Shown: positions 1 to 9,708 of the stretch, one piece after another
Numbering within the stretch: the first letter of the stretch is position 1
How the letters are laid out: every line of letters begins with the position of its first letter
Virus record (IMG/VR): IMGVR_UViG_3300043391_001325
Location: 1-30,627 of that record
Direction: 5' to 3' (one strand)
DNA from: a virus
Lineage: Duplodnaviria > Caudoviricetes
Length of the DNA stretch: 30,627 nucleotides
The notes under the pieces: generated by a model
Told to the model about the DNA's origin: nothing
Database searches by the model: none
Seen by the model: only the letters and a program-made list of their open reading frames with translations
Made by a program: the position numbers and the translations under genes

Positions 1-197
1 AACCAACTACAACCACTACAGTAGAACCAACTACAACCACTACAGTAGAACCAACTACAACCACTACAGTAGAACCAACTACAACCACTACAGTAGAACC
101 AACTACAACCACTACAGTAGAACCAACAACTACAACCACTACAGTAGAACCAACTACAACCACTACTACAACTACAACTACAACTACAACTACAACT
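1..197 (+). repeat. Coding tandem repeat GAACCAACTACAACCACTACAGTA (24/27 bp; EPTTTTTV), then an ACTACA run
   Basis: Directly visible. A related array occurs at about 535-680 and a Thr run at about 1270-1350. Confidence 0.95.
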
Positions 198-1523
198 ATG
201 GCTCCTGCTTATTTCAGAGTTGGTGACCTAGTAATTAATAACTTTGTTATTAAAATAAACGACCCTTTAAAGATAAGTAGCGCCAGAAGACAGATAGCTA
301 ACCAAGATCCAATGCTTCATATTATGGCCACAATAATAAAAGAACCAATATCATACAATCCAGGATGGAGTTATCATTATGATCCAGATACAATAATTTT
401 TTGGGAATTAGCAATGGAGGTGTGTGATGCAAGCTTCGAATATGTTGAGCTACATTTAGCAGAAGTTGGGGGGGCACTTCTTCCCGGAAATGTTCATTGT
501 AATTGGTCGAGTTATTTAATAGAAGAATTAATAATTACAGAAGAACCAACAACTACAACCACTACAGAAGAACCAACAACTACAACCACTACAGTAGAAC
601 CAACAACTACAACCACTACAGTAGAACCAACAACTACAACCACTACAGTAGAACCAACTACAACTACTACAGTAGAACCAACGCAGTTAGCTTTTGACCC
701 AAATTATGTTGGAGAAAATATAGTTTTAAGCAATAATAATGATACAGCAACCTTTACTGTTAGTTCGGATACAGAAACTTCGGTTTTAACCAACTACCCC
801 ATCTCTGCTGGGCAAAAGGTTGTCTTTAGCATGATTATTGATGTTAACCCCGGACAAATAGATTATACCGGAATAGGAATAGCAGATCGTTCCATTAATT
901 TATCGCACTATTTAGGACAAGATATTAGTTCTGTTGGTATTTTTGATAGTGGAAAAATTTACAATAATTCAATAGGTGTAACTTTTATTGGCAATACTTT
1001 TTATGATGATGGCTCTATTGTTGATGTTGCTATAGATAGAGTGAATAATTTATTATGGTATCGTGTAAACGGCAACGATTGGAACAACGATGTTGACGCA
1101 GATCCTTCAACTGGCACTAATGGATATGACATATCCAACATAACTGCATCCACCGTTTATCCGTCTGCGTGTCCCTGGTTTTACAATGACATTCAAGGAA
1201 AAATTAGTTTAAATAGATCGTTTGTAGTTGGGATTCCAAGCGGTTTTACCAATATTTTTTATAGTGTCGCAACAACCACTACCACCACATTAGAACCAAC
1301 CACTACCACAACAACAACCACTACTACAACTACAACAACTACCACAACAATACGTCCTAATAATTGTACATATTATTATTATGATGATACAGCCGAGGGG
1401 AGTGACGCAGGATGGGCCTTATCTGGTTTAGGCAGCTGCTTATCTGGTTATAAGTGTGGCGATGCTCCAACACGTTCTGGAGTTGTTGGAGAGACAGAGG
1501 TTGTTGATTGCGTGCCAATTTAA
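3..1523 (+). CDS. Thr-rich mucin-like modular protein, 5'-truncated (BP74-like domain, SPRY/ConA-like domain, Cys-rich tail); probably virion/surface
   Basis: The frame of the 198..1523 ORF is open back to the window start (PTTTTTVE repeats). Segment FVIKINDP..AR..YNPGWSYHYDPDTI.F.E.AMEVCDA..YVE.HL.EVGGA.LPG resembles BP74-type domains. VDVAIDRVNNLLWYRVNGNDW..ADPSTGTNG..VYP resembles a SPRY/ConA beta-sandwich. Confidence 0.7.
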   Translation, partial: PTTTTTVEPTTTTTVEPTTTTTVEPTTTTTVEPTTTTTVEPTTTTTTVEPTTTTTTTTTTTTTTTMAPAYFRVGDLVINNFVIKINDPLKISSARRQIANQDPMLHIMATIIKEPISYNPGWSYHYDPDTIIFWELAMEVCDASFEYVELHLAEVGGALLPGNVHCNWSSYLIEELIITEEPTTTTTTEEPTTTTTTVEPTTTTTTVEPTTTTTTVEPTTTTTVEPTQLAFDPNYVGENIVLSNNNDTATFTVSSDTETSVLTNYPISAGQKVVFSMIIDVNPGQIDYTGIGIADRSINLSHYLGQDISSVGIFDSGKIYNNSIGVTFIGNTFYDDGSIVDVAIDRVNNLLWYRVNGNDWNNDVDADPSTGTNGYDISNITASTVYPSACPWFYNDIQGKISLNRSFVVGIPSGFTNIFYSVATTTTTTLEPTTTTTTTTTTTTTTTTTIRPNNCTYYYYDDTAEGSDAGWALSGLGSCLSGYKCGDAPTRSGVVGETEVVDCVPI

Positions 1524-1538
1524 AACAATACAGGAACC

Positions 1539-2855
1539 ATGATTATGAACATAATACCACTAAATTCAAAATTATTAAAAGAGTTACTCGATAAATCTAA
1601 CCTAACTGCTAGATTGTTTAAAAACGACTTCAATTTTTCTTCACTTTCTACATTAGAATCTTCTATGAGTCCGATAGACAATTGCGAGGATTCTCCCTCT
1701 TTAGTAATTGAGCAGGTATCCTTTAATGGTTATTCTTCAAAATTTTTGAATCCCATGCTATGGAACGCAACAGCTCAATCAGCTGGCAGCTACATTAAGT
1801 ACAAATATTCAAGTGGAATTGTGTGGAAGAATCGGGGAACCGAAAATAGTGAGATTATAAGAGGGTATTATATTACCAACCAAAATAATGAAGTATTGTG
1901 GTTTGAAAAATTCGATAATGAGGTAGTTCTAAAGCAGAATGAAGCAATTTTAGTTAATATAGAAACAGAAATAAATAATTATGATTTTCCACAAACAACT
2001 ATAGCCTTAATTATTAAAAATAATAATTTGACACCAACTAATACCTCGATAGATATTCAAAATATAAAATGGGGAGGAATAGATTATCCATCAGACTATT
2101 TCTTAGATCTTTTAAATAACAATTTTATTCCACAAAATAATATCATTTGCATAGGAGTGAAGGATAAAATCAAACCTTGTGAAGGAGAGCCCCTGCAATT
2201 TGATCTATCAGTATCGTCCTCAGGCTTTCAGAATTATCAAGAAAATATATCAATAAGAAATAAAGGAAATAGTATAATAGAAATTAATTTAGTTAAAACA
2301 ACAACGACGACAACAACAATTGATCCTAATCTTCCTCCATCTCCTCTTAATGGAATAGTAGGAATAAGAGTTGCAAATGATGTGTATGACACAATTACAT
2401 CTTCAACATTAGATACGATAACTGTGAGTGCCTACGAACCCATAATAGATAAATTCAAAGATATAATTGTGAATTATATTAAATTTGAATTATCGGGTGA
2501 CTCAACTTTAATTGGGGGTATATCTCTTCCAGATCAATTGGGAAATTCAGCTAAAATGGTTGGAGCTTTTGAATTTGCTGGAGGTGTTTTGGGAAGATTT
2601 ACAATAACAGATACAACGACAATTACATCTCCCGTAAATGGGAACAAAACCTTTTTCACTGGGACTATGAATGAAGACTCCGCCATAGGAAAGTGGGTAT
2701 TAGGAGATCCATTTTCTGCCGCCCTGACCTTTAAAAACTCAGATTTATTGAAAACAACAAACAATGGATCTAACGTTGCTACATATTATTTATATCTAAA
2801 AGATTTTAGCTTCACTGTTTCTGGAAATAGATACTATATCCGTTCGGTGATTTAA
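1539..2855 (+). CDS. Putative virion structural protein with internal Thr linker
   Basis: 438 aa ORF with AGGA SD. Beta-rich N-terminal domain (LFKND..GY..W..GYYIT..LWFEKF) of a kind seen in phage structural proteins; KTTTTTTIDP linker. Confidence 0.45.
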   Translation: MIMNIIPLNSKLLKELLDKSNLTARLFKNDFNFSSLSTLESSMSPIDNCEDSPSLVIEQVSFNGYSSKFLNPMLWNATAQSAGSYIKYKYSSGIVWKNRGTENSEIIRGYYITNQNNEVLWFEKFDNEVVLKQNEAILVNIETEINNYDFPQTTIALIIKNNNLTPTNTSIDIQNIKWGGIDYPSDYFLDLLNNNFIPQNNIICIGVKDKIKPCEGEPLQFDLSVSSSGFQNYQENISIRNKGNSIIEINLVKTTTTTTTIDPNLPPSPLNGIVGIRVANDVYDTITSSTLDTITVSAYEPIIDKFKDIIVNYIKFELSGDSTLIGGISLPDQLGNSAKMVGAFEFAGGVLGRFTITDTTTITSPVNGNKTFFTGTMNEDSAIGKWVLGDPFSAALTFKNSDLLKTTNNGSNVATYYLYLKDFSFTVSGNRYYIRSVI

Positions 2856-3433
2856 TAATCGTATAGACTAATGCTCATACTCATAACAACACTCTCTCCT
2901 GCGGCAACGGATACAGTTGTTCCAAGTGATGCCGTGGATATCAATTTACCGTCACATTGGATAGTGTTACAGTTTGTTTCATTGGTTGTGGCCAAAAATA
3001 TATTCGTAACAGAATTAAAATTATAATTAACTGCTGAGAAAATTATAGAACCACTTGTTGCATAATAAGGAGTTAGTACACCTGATGGCGGAACAGTCGT
3101 TCCAGATTGATTTGGATTTATTATTGTCCAACTTCCAAGCGGTACGTTTTTTCGTTGATATCCTGTGAGGGAAGAATTTATGCCATCTGTGTAACTGAAA
3201 GGCTCGCCATTTATACTAGCAAGAGTATCTGTTCTGCTGACCGCCTGTCTTGTGTCTAGACCGACCCAATATCCCTTCTTGGATAGATAATTTTCGCTAG
3301 TAAATAACGAGTTTAATATATACTCTTCTCCCTCTTGGTGAAAAGTATTCTTTATATTTTTTTGCTGATATTTGATCTCATTATTTTTATCTAAAATTAA
3401 AAAATCATCTATTTTCATTAAATGGAAGTTCAT
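2852..3433 (-). CDS. Putative virion structural protein
   Basis: 193 aa; GEEYIL..VGLD..DTL..GEP..GYQR..F.A..NIFL pattern typical of phage tail/baseplate-associated hypotheticals. ATGA overlap with the upstream gene. Confidence 0.45.
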   Translation of the reverse strand: MNFHLMKIDDFLILDKNNEIKYQQKNIKNTFHQEGEEYILNSLFTSENYLSKKGYWVGLDTRQAVSRTDTLASINGEPFSYTDGINSSLTGYQRKNVPLGSWTIINPNQSGTTVPPSGVLTPYYATSGSIIFSAVNYNFNSVTNIFLATTNETNCNTIQCDGKLISTASLGTTVSVAAGESVVMSMSISLYDY

Positions 3434-3690
3434 AAATTTTCTCTCTTTTCTTGTTCTATCAATTCATCTATTACTTTAATAGATTCTACAGGATGCTTGT
3501 ATTTATTGCTAGGTTTATCTAATTCTTCTTTTTGTTTTTTTATCTTATTTTTATTTTTAGTATTTAATCTATTGAGATCAGATACTATTGATCTAATAGA
3601 GTGTTTAATAGTTTCAATTTTAAAAGAATCTCCACAATTAGCATGGGCTAAGTTCAAATAATGAATAATTTTTTCGTAATTAGGAGTCAT
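3430..3690 (-). CDS. Hypothetical protein
   Basis: ATG at 3690 just after the terminase stop; coupled to the next gene. Confidence 0.55.
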   Translation of the reverse strand: MTPNYEKIIHYLNLAHANCGDSFKIETIKHSIRSIVSDLNRLNTKNKNKIKKQKEELDKPSNKYKHPVESIKVIDELIEQEKRENL

Positions 3691-3692
3691 AA

Positions 3693-5462
3693 TTACCACC
3701 CAAACTCATCTAATAGTTTTGAATTTTTTCTATAAATATTAATAAGAGTTTCCTCATCTGCAGGGGTTAAACTATTATTTGAGGTAAAGCTTATTTCCTC
3801 TTCTGCGAAATCTTCATAAGAACTATTAAATAATTCTCTTTTAATCTCTTGATAAACATCATCTTGTATTTTATTTAACATTTCTTTGGGGGCATCGGCA
3901 CCTATTGGAACATCGTTTATAAGTTTGTCTCTTACGTAAATCGCAGCGCACAAAGCAGTTATGGCATCATCATGCTTACCCTTCTGGGCTTCTGCTTTTT
4001 TAGTCACAGGATTATATTGAAATGTTTGAAGCTCTGCCGTGAATCTTGCGCTATTGATTTTTATTGCTTTATTGAGAATTCTATTCTGCATCGCTTCTAG
4101 CAGAAGTGGTCTATTAACTCTATTAACTTTTAAACCAGGAGTTTGTGTTCCGCTCTTTTTGGTTTCATAAAATATATTTTCGTAGTAAAGAGTATTCTCT
4201 AGAGAGCTTAATACTGCACCTCCAGGCGACATCGCCTCCACTACAACAAGAGCAGTATTGTAATATACTCCAACTTCTTTTAATATTTGAGCAAATATAT
4301 GAGGAGGAACCAAATTGCTATAAAATTCAGCCACTTGTTCTAAAGTCTCAAGCTCAAGAACGTGGAAACAACTGCTGTCTGCGTTTTCTCCCATTCCTTC
4401 TGCGCAATCTGCTCCTATGATGTATTCCTTGCCATCAACAGGTTCTTTCCAAACCCAAAGAGCACCTTTGTTATCCACGCCATCTAATTGAGCAGCTCTT
4501 CCGGTTTTATTGACCCACTTAGGAAATAATTTTTTAAAAGGATGATTGTTGACTGTAAATTCAGACATCTCTCTAATAAGATAGGAGGGGATATATGTTT
4601 CGCCCGATCCTAAAAATTCTCTAAGGACTTCCTGCAGAAAACCTTTTTCACCTAATTGAGCTTTTTGCTCATTGACCCACTTAGGATCATTGTAGTCGGG
4701 GTGCTCCCAGTAATCCAAGTCTATTACATGGAACATATTTCTACCTTCTCTGGCATCATTGTAGGTTTGTTCATACCAATTACCGACGCCATTAACAGTA
4801 GAAACCAATGTGCAACTACCACCCGTGCTCAATACGGGCCACATAGCCTTCCAGTGCTTTTCCATTTCTGGAATAAACGCAGCCTCGTCTATAATTAAGA
4901 ACGTTACGCTTTTACCACGGGCGGCTTCAGGAGAATAAAACTTTAACGCTCCGCCAGTATCAGCAAACATCTTTAAATGATCGTTCCATTTACTTGTTTT
5001 TTTAGGGATCAACCAAGCCGGAAGATTCTCCACTGCTCTATCGACTATCATGCCAGTTTCTGTGGCTTCACGATCAGTTTTAGAAAGAAGCATCACTTGT
5101 TGATCTAGCTTGAACATGCATCGCCATAAACCCCAAAGAAGGGTAACAGTAGTTAATCCGCCCTGTCTGAACTTAGAGATTATGTTAAATCTATTGTTCT
5201 CGTAATCTTTAATTACTTTTCTTTGGTAGTTAAATAAAACAAAAGGAACAAGACCTTTTGTTGGATGCAATATTCTAATATATTTGTGGCAAAAATATTC
5301 AAAGCTATCGACACATTTTAGAATTTCTTTTTTCTGTTTATCGAGGTCGTATAGATTGGTTTCTTCGATCGTTTCCTCAGGATTTATTGCCAATTCATAA
5401 GGATGGAGCGTGTAGTATTTTTTGTCATAAATCTTGTAATAATGTTTACTATAATCAGCCAT
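3693..5462 (-). CDS. terL: Terminase large subunit (T4 gp17-like)
   Basis: Adenine-binding LFNYQ, Walker A variant ISKFRQGGLTT, Walker B FLIIDEAAF, motif III VSTVNG, RNase H-like nuclease IIGADCAEG...VVVE...HDDAI. Confidence 0.95.
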   Translation of the reverse strand: MADYSKHYYKIYDKKYYTLHPYELAINPEETIEETNLYDLDKQKKEILKCVDSFEYFCHKYIRILHPTKGLVPFVLFNYQRKVIKDYENNRFNIISKFRQGGLTTVTLLWGLWRCMFKLDQQVMLLSKTDREATETGMIVDRAVENLPAWLIPKKTSKWNDHLKMFADTGGALKFYSPEAARGKSVTFLIIDEAAFIPEMEKHWKAMWPVLSTGGSCTLVSTVNGVGNWYEQTYNDAREGRNMFHVIDLDYWEHPDYNDPKWVNEQKAQLGEKGFLQEVLREFLGSGETYIPSYLIREMSEFTVNNHPFKKLFPKWVNKTGRAAQLDGVDNKGALWVWKEPVDGKEYIIGADCAEGMGENADSSCFHVLELETLEQVAEFYSNLVPPHIFAQILKEVGVYYNTALVVVEAMSPGGAVLSSLENTLYYENIFYETKKSGTQTPGLKVNRVNRPLLLEAMQNRILNKAIKINSARFTAELQTFQYNPVTKKAEAQKGKHDDAITALCAAIYVRDKLINDVPIGADAPKEMLNKIQDDVYQEIKRELFNSSYEDFAEEEISFTSNNSLTPADEETLINIYRKNSKLLDEFGW

Positions 5463-5482
5463 AAATTAATAATTCATTTTAA

Positions 5483-5842
5483 TTAGTAGTCCTCATCATC
5501 ATCATCATCCTCATAATCCTCATCCTCATCCTCATCCTCATCCTCATCCTCATCCTCATCCTCATCCTCATCGTCATCGTCTACATATTCATAATCTTCA
5601 TCTTCTTCATCATCATCTATATATTCATATTCTTCACCATCATCATCCTCGTCTTCTTCATCATCATCTTCTCCTTTATACCATTCATAACCATATCCTT
5701 CATCTTCATCTTCTTCATCATCGTAGTTATCATTTTCATCTTCTTTATACCACTCATTATCATCATCATAATCATCTGAGGCCTCTAAGAAATAATAAAA
5801 ATTTACAACTTCCATTGTTTCAAAGTCGATAACTTTTGCCAT
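5483..5842 (-). CDS. Hyperacidic D/E-rich small protein
   Basis: 119 aa, mostly D/E after residue 22; GAGGT SD; (GAGGAT)n repeat at about 5500-5575. Confidence 0.7.
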   Translation of the reverse strand: MAKVIDFETMEVVNFYYFLEASDDYDDDNEWYKEDENDNYDDEEDEDEGYGYEWYKGEDDDEEDEDDDGEEYEYIDDDEEDEDYEYVDDDDEDEDEDEDEDEDEDEDEDYEDDDDDEDY

Positions 5843-5885
5843 CTTTACCTCTCTCTTTAATGATTATTAAATTAAGCTCGGGCCC

Positions 5886-5913
5886 ATTTTAACAACTTAT
5901 TTTTAAAATTCAA
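5886..5913 (-). promoter_or_regulatory. Sigma70-like promoter for the acidic protein
   Basis: Minus strand TTGAAT-16-TAAAAT with a TGn extended -10. Confidence 0.4.
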
Positions 5914-5977
5914 TATCAATCGTTTAAAATAAGCTTATTTAACGCAAAATTATATATAGTAAGTTTAAATTAAAAAA

Positions 5978-7345
5978 TTAATTAATGAATTTTTGTCTCA
6001 CTAATTTGTTGTCCTCAACAATAAACAAACTATCTATTAAATTCTCATTACTAAGAGTGTTGACGCACATAAGTGCAATTTTTGCATTCTCTTGAAAATC
6101 GTTCATAGCGTGAAGAGAAACAACCCCATCTTTATTAAATTCTACCCTGTTCTCAGAAGGAATTTCAATTTCTATATCATATAATTTTTTATTTAGTATT
6201 AAAGATCTATCAAAATGATCAGAGATCTTTATTTTCTTGATAGGTTCAGCAGAATTTTGAACAAAAAGATCCTTTGAAGAAAAAGATTTAACATTAGTCG
6301 ATAATATATTTCTTTTAACAAAGACTTTAGTAAGAATTACCGATAACTTTGAACCATTATCGGCATCTATTGAAATCATCTTCTGAGCCAAAGAATCGAA
6401 TAATCTATTAGTAACAGGTGTCTGTGAAACTGCTGTTATGAAGTAATGGAATATTATGTTTCTGGCGAAACTCAAGGCTTGAATAGGAGACGATCCGTTT
6501 TTGACGCTATCATTATATATTTCAACAAGACATTCATACCAGGCCCCGGTCCAAACTCTACTGTAACTGTGGCACTCCCTGCTCAAAATATTATCTGGGG
6601 CATCATCCTTCAAGTTTTCTGGTGCTGAGTATTGGAAGTTATTTACAGCATCTCTAAGAGAATAAGGATTATGTCCACCTTTGCCTTTTGTTAAATTGAA
6701 CAAAATTTTGGCAAATTGTTCGGCAAGTTTTGATACTGTATTGCTTTTTGATAAGTCTCCCTTAGTCTCTTTTAACATATGTTTAATTACATCTTCGTTC
6801 TCCAGAACGCTTGTAATCGCAACTATATCTCCAAAACTTTCGTGTAAAGCCCATATTTCATATGATTGAACGCTCCAGAAATCTGGCCTCATGGAGTCTA
6901 GTAAGGCATGTCCCAACTCATGAGAAACTATATCAGCCGAGTCGGCTGCGTATATATTTTTCTTGGCAACAGGATCAAACTCATAAAAAAACTTTAAATT
7001 CGTCCTATCATAAAATGCGTTCAAGGCTTTTCCGGCAACAGGATAAACATATAGTTGCTTTGTTGTGGCCCACTTTTGGGGGAATTTTTTAATCTTTGGA
7101 ATAATATTGTTCATGGTATTAACTAAAATTCCATAACAATTAGCCGATCTCCACTCTGGGGATCCTATCTTATGTCCAGAACCGTTATATCCATCTACTT
7201 TCAAAGGAATAGAAGGAGTTGAATTAGCAGGAATTTCTTTTACTAACTCAGGAATTTCGGGGTCATTTACCCAAAATTGAATAGGGGCAGCAGAGTCATC
7301 AGAAATTAATTTTCTACCAAATACTTTTTTAAATAATCCCCACAT
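5978..7345 (-). CDS. Thermolysin-like (M4/M36 gluzincin) zinc metalloprotease
   Basis: NAFYD, DIVSHELGH (HExxH), third-ligand ALHESFGD, downstream E.H..S motif; AGGAG SD. Confidence 0.85.
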   Translation of the reverse strand: MWGLFKKVFGRKLISDDSAAPIQFWVNDPEIPELVKEIPANSTPSIPLKVDGYNGSGHKIGSPEWRSANCYGILVNTMNNIIPKIKKFPQKWATTKQLYVYPVAGKALNAFYDRTNLKFFYEFDPVAKKNIYAADSADIVSHELGHALLDSMRPDFWSVQSYEIWALHESFGDIVAITSVLENEDVIKHMLKETKGDLSKSNTVSKLAEQFAKILFNLTKGKGGHNPYSLRDAVNNFQYSAPENLKDDAPDNILSRECHSYSRVWTGAWYECLVEIYNDSVKNGSSPIQALSFARNIIFHYFITAVSQTPVTNRLFDSLAQKMISIDADNGSKLSVILTKVFVKRNILSTNVKSFSSKDLFVQNSAEPIKKIKISDHFDRSLILNKKLYDIEIEIPSENRVEFNKDGVVSLHAMNDFQENAKIALMCVNTLSNENLIDSLFIVEDNKLVRQKFIN

Positions 7346-7417
7346 AGAAAAACTCCTTTTTTCTAAAATTGTATATACTTCTATAAGTATATAGTTTAAC
7401 TAAATAGAAAAAATAAA

Positions 7418-7936
7418 ATGAAATTTAACGAACAAGTGATAAGAGAGAAAAGAACAATAGAGGCTGTTAAGAAGCAGTTCATGGGAATTAATGGCAAATT
7501 ATATTTGATAGCAAAGAATGTAGGTGAGCCAATCATAAGACAAAACGAAGAAAGCAATTATATTATTTATGATAACTTTTGGAATAATTATGATGAAAAT
7601 AATATAAGAACTATGGATGAAAATGAATATTCAGGATGCATAGGACATGCGTTTGATGGACTCCGGAATGGATATAATCTTGAAATATTAGTCTTTGATG
7701 AAGAAAAATTAATAAAAGTTTTCTATAACTCAAGAAAAGTTTATGAAGAAATTGCAGGAGAATTAGAAAGCTATTACCCAGACGAAGAATGGGAATCCAA
7801 AATAGAAAAGCTATATCCAATAGCAGAAAAAAGAGAACAGGAATACAAAAAACAAGAAAAAGATGATAGAAAAGAAAAATTTGAAGAGAAGAAATCAGGT
7901 TTAATTCAATATTTAAAAGAAAAATGGAACCTATGA
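7418..7936 (+). CDS. Hypothetical protein
   Basis: 172 aa ORF; TAAATA at 7401. Confidence 0.65.
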   Translation: MKFNEQVIREKRTIEAVKKQFMGINGKLYLIAKNVGEPIIRQNEESNYIIYDNFWNNYDENNIRTMDENEYSGCIGHAFDGLRNGYNLEILVFDEEKLIKVFYNSRKVYEEIAGELESYYPDEEWESKIEKLYPIAEKREQEYKKQEKDDRKEKFEEKKSGLIQYLKEKWNL

Positions 7937-7982
7937 TTTTTAATGCATTTTAACTCTATATATATATGAGAAAAGGAAACAT

Positions 7983-8216
7983 ATGAACGAAAAAAATAAA
8001 CCACAAAGAAGCCCAAAAACAACCAAAAGCAATAAGCCAAAAAAGACAACTTTAGTCAAGACTCAGTCTGTGGGTGCAACAAAAGTAGATATAATTAAAA
8101 GGCTAGAGGCTAAAGTTGCAGATAAAAAGAATAAAGATTCATCTGTTTTGGACAAGGTTTTATATGGGGTAATAATTGCACAGATATTAGTTTTAATTTA
8201 CATGCTAGTTAAATAA
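7983..8216 (+). CDS. Small basic protein with C-terminal transmembrane helix
   Basis: AAGGA SD; C-terminal VLYGVIIAQILVLIYMLV. Confidence 0.65.
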   Translation: MNEKNKPQRSPKTTKSNKPKKTTLVKTQSVGATKVDIIKRLEAKVADKKNKDSSVLDKVLYGVIIAQILVLIYMLVK

Positions 8217-8248
8217 TCAATTCATGTTGATGATGCATATATAATCCC

Positions 8249-8899
8249 ATGAAACTTTTTTCAGAATGGATCGTAGAAAAACATCCAGAGTTTTATGAAA
8301 ACTTTGAATTTATACCTCTGGACGGGGGTTTATCCAGAGATAGAACAAATACATCAAGAAGTTCACTGGCACATCGAAGAATAGATTTGTCAGATGTAGA
8401 TGAAAAAAGAATGGCTCTTTCAATAAGCGACATAGTAGATCTAGGACCAGAAGTATCAAAAAATCAACTTGCAAAAATAGTAGAGATAAGACACTCTACC
8501 ATTAAGGTTGTAAATCTGTATAATCAGAGATTGATGGTTATTCCTATTGATCATCTTTATTTGAAAAAAGATTTAATGGGTAGAGAATTAATACCAAGAG
8601 ATCAGCAACATTTAAGCGCAATGGGAGCAAAGAACCTTTGGGTCAAGATGTCGCCAACTCAATATAAAAAATTTGCCGGACGATACAAAGAAAAAGAACT
8701 AGAAGATGTAGTACCAAAACAAAAAGAAATAGATCAAAAGCAAATAGAAAAACTGAGGTCTTGGTTCGCATCAGCGGTTGGTGATGAATCACGTCCAGAA
8801 GAAGAAGATAAGTTGAGAGATATATTCAGATCAGAACCTCAAAAATCTTCAGGCCCAGCTCCACTATCAAGATACGTAAGAAAGAAAGAATTACCTTGA
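8249..8899 (+). CDS. Hypothetical protein with capsid-targeting-like N-terminus
   Basis: MKLFSEWIVEKHPEFYE; TATATA-N5-ATG upstream. Confidence 0.7.
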   Translation: MKLFSEWIVEKHPEFYENFEFIPLDGGLSRDRTNTSRSSLAHRRIDLSDVDEKRMALSISDIVDLGPEVSKNQLAKIVEIRHSTIKVVNLYNQRLMVIPIDHLYLKKDLMGRELIPRDQQHLSAMGAKNLWVKMSPTQYKKFAGRYKEKELEDVVPKQKEIDQKQIEKLRSWFASAVGDESRPEEEDKLRDIFRSEPQKSSGPAPLSRYVRKKELP

Positions 8900-9708
8900 A
8901 AAAAACCGCTTTCTGTTTCACTGGTGAAGGGGCAAGAGGAAGTATACAGGCTGGAATATCACTATCGCTTTCTGAAACAGGCGTAAAACCTGATCTAACA
9001 ATAGGTATAAGCTCGGGCAGTATTTGCGCTGCAAGTTATGCATATTTGGGACCACAAGGTGTTGCAAATATGTGGTCAAATATAAGAAACATATTTGATG
9101 TCTTTGGAATTAACTATTTTCCATGGAATAAAAAAGGAATTTTGAATCAAAGACCAATGGAAAAAATAGTATCCGACGCAATGAAAAATGATCCCATATG
9201 TGAAAGCATAGTATCTAAGTTGAATATTCACTCTGGTGAGATGGCCTATGTGTCTAACAAAAATACCACCAGGGATGAGTTTAAAGAGAATGTATTGGCA
9301 AGTGTTGCCATCACAGCCTTGGTTGAAGATAGAAACGGATGGGTAGATGCAGGGAGTCGTCAATTAGCACCCTTAAAACAATGTATAGATTTAGGCTATA
9401 ATGAAATATACGTTATAACAGGAAGACCATTGGCTCTTTCCTACTGGAGCGGACCCAAGGGATTTATAAAACCACTTGAGATGGCTTTTAGAGCGTTAGA
9501 TATTAGTTTATATGAAATAATGATAAGAGATATAAATCAAAATTTAACAAATGACGGAGTGGAAATTTATTTAGTAGAACCTAATAAAATGTTCTTTGAT
9601 TCAGTATATTTCAGTCAATGCAAAAATGGCGTGGAATATGGGAAAAAAGAATATACAATACATGGCAAAAAATCTTTAAGAAGCATTTTGCCCCAGATAA
9701 TCCAGTAA
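8896..9708 (+). CDS. Patatin-like phospholipase
   Basis: Oxyanion loop GEGARG, nucleophile GISSG (GxSxG), catalytic DAG; TTG start overlapping the upstream TGA. Confidence 0.9.
   Translation: MKKTAFCFTGEGARGSIQAGISLSLSETGVKPDLTIGISSGSICAASYAYLGPQGVANMWSNIRNIFDVFGINYFPWNKKGILNQRPMEKIVSDAMKNDPICESIVSKLNIHSGEMAYVSNKNTTRDEFKENVLASVAITALVEDRNGWVDAGSRQLAPLKQCIDLGYNEIYVITGRPLALSYWSGPKGFIKPLEMAFRALDISLYEIMIRDINQNLTNDGVEIYLVEPNKMFFDSVYFSQCKNGVEYGKKEYTIHGKKSLRSILPQIIQ

Noticed and set aside
1-680. Tandem repeats as a CRISPR array
   Set aside because: No unique spacers, units are multiples of 3 encoding Thr/Pro/Glu, and no cas genes are present.
503-697. RTNNYNHYS-repeat ORF, and the NYNYNY extension 29510-29602
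   Set aside because: Alternative frames of Thr-codon repeats.
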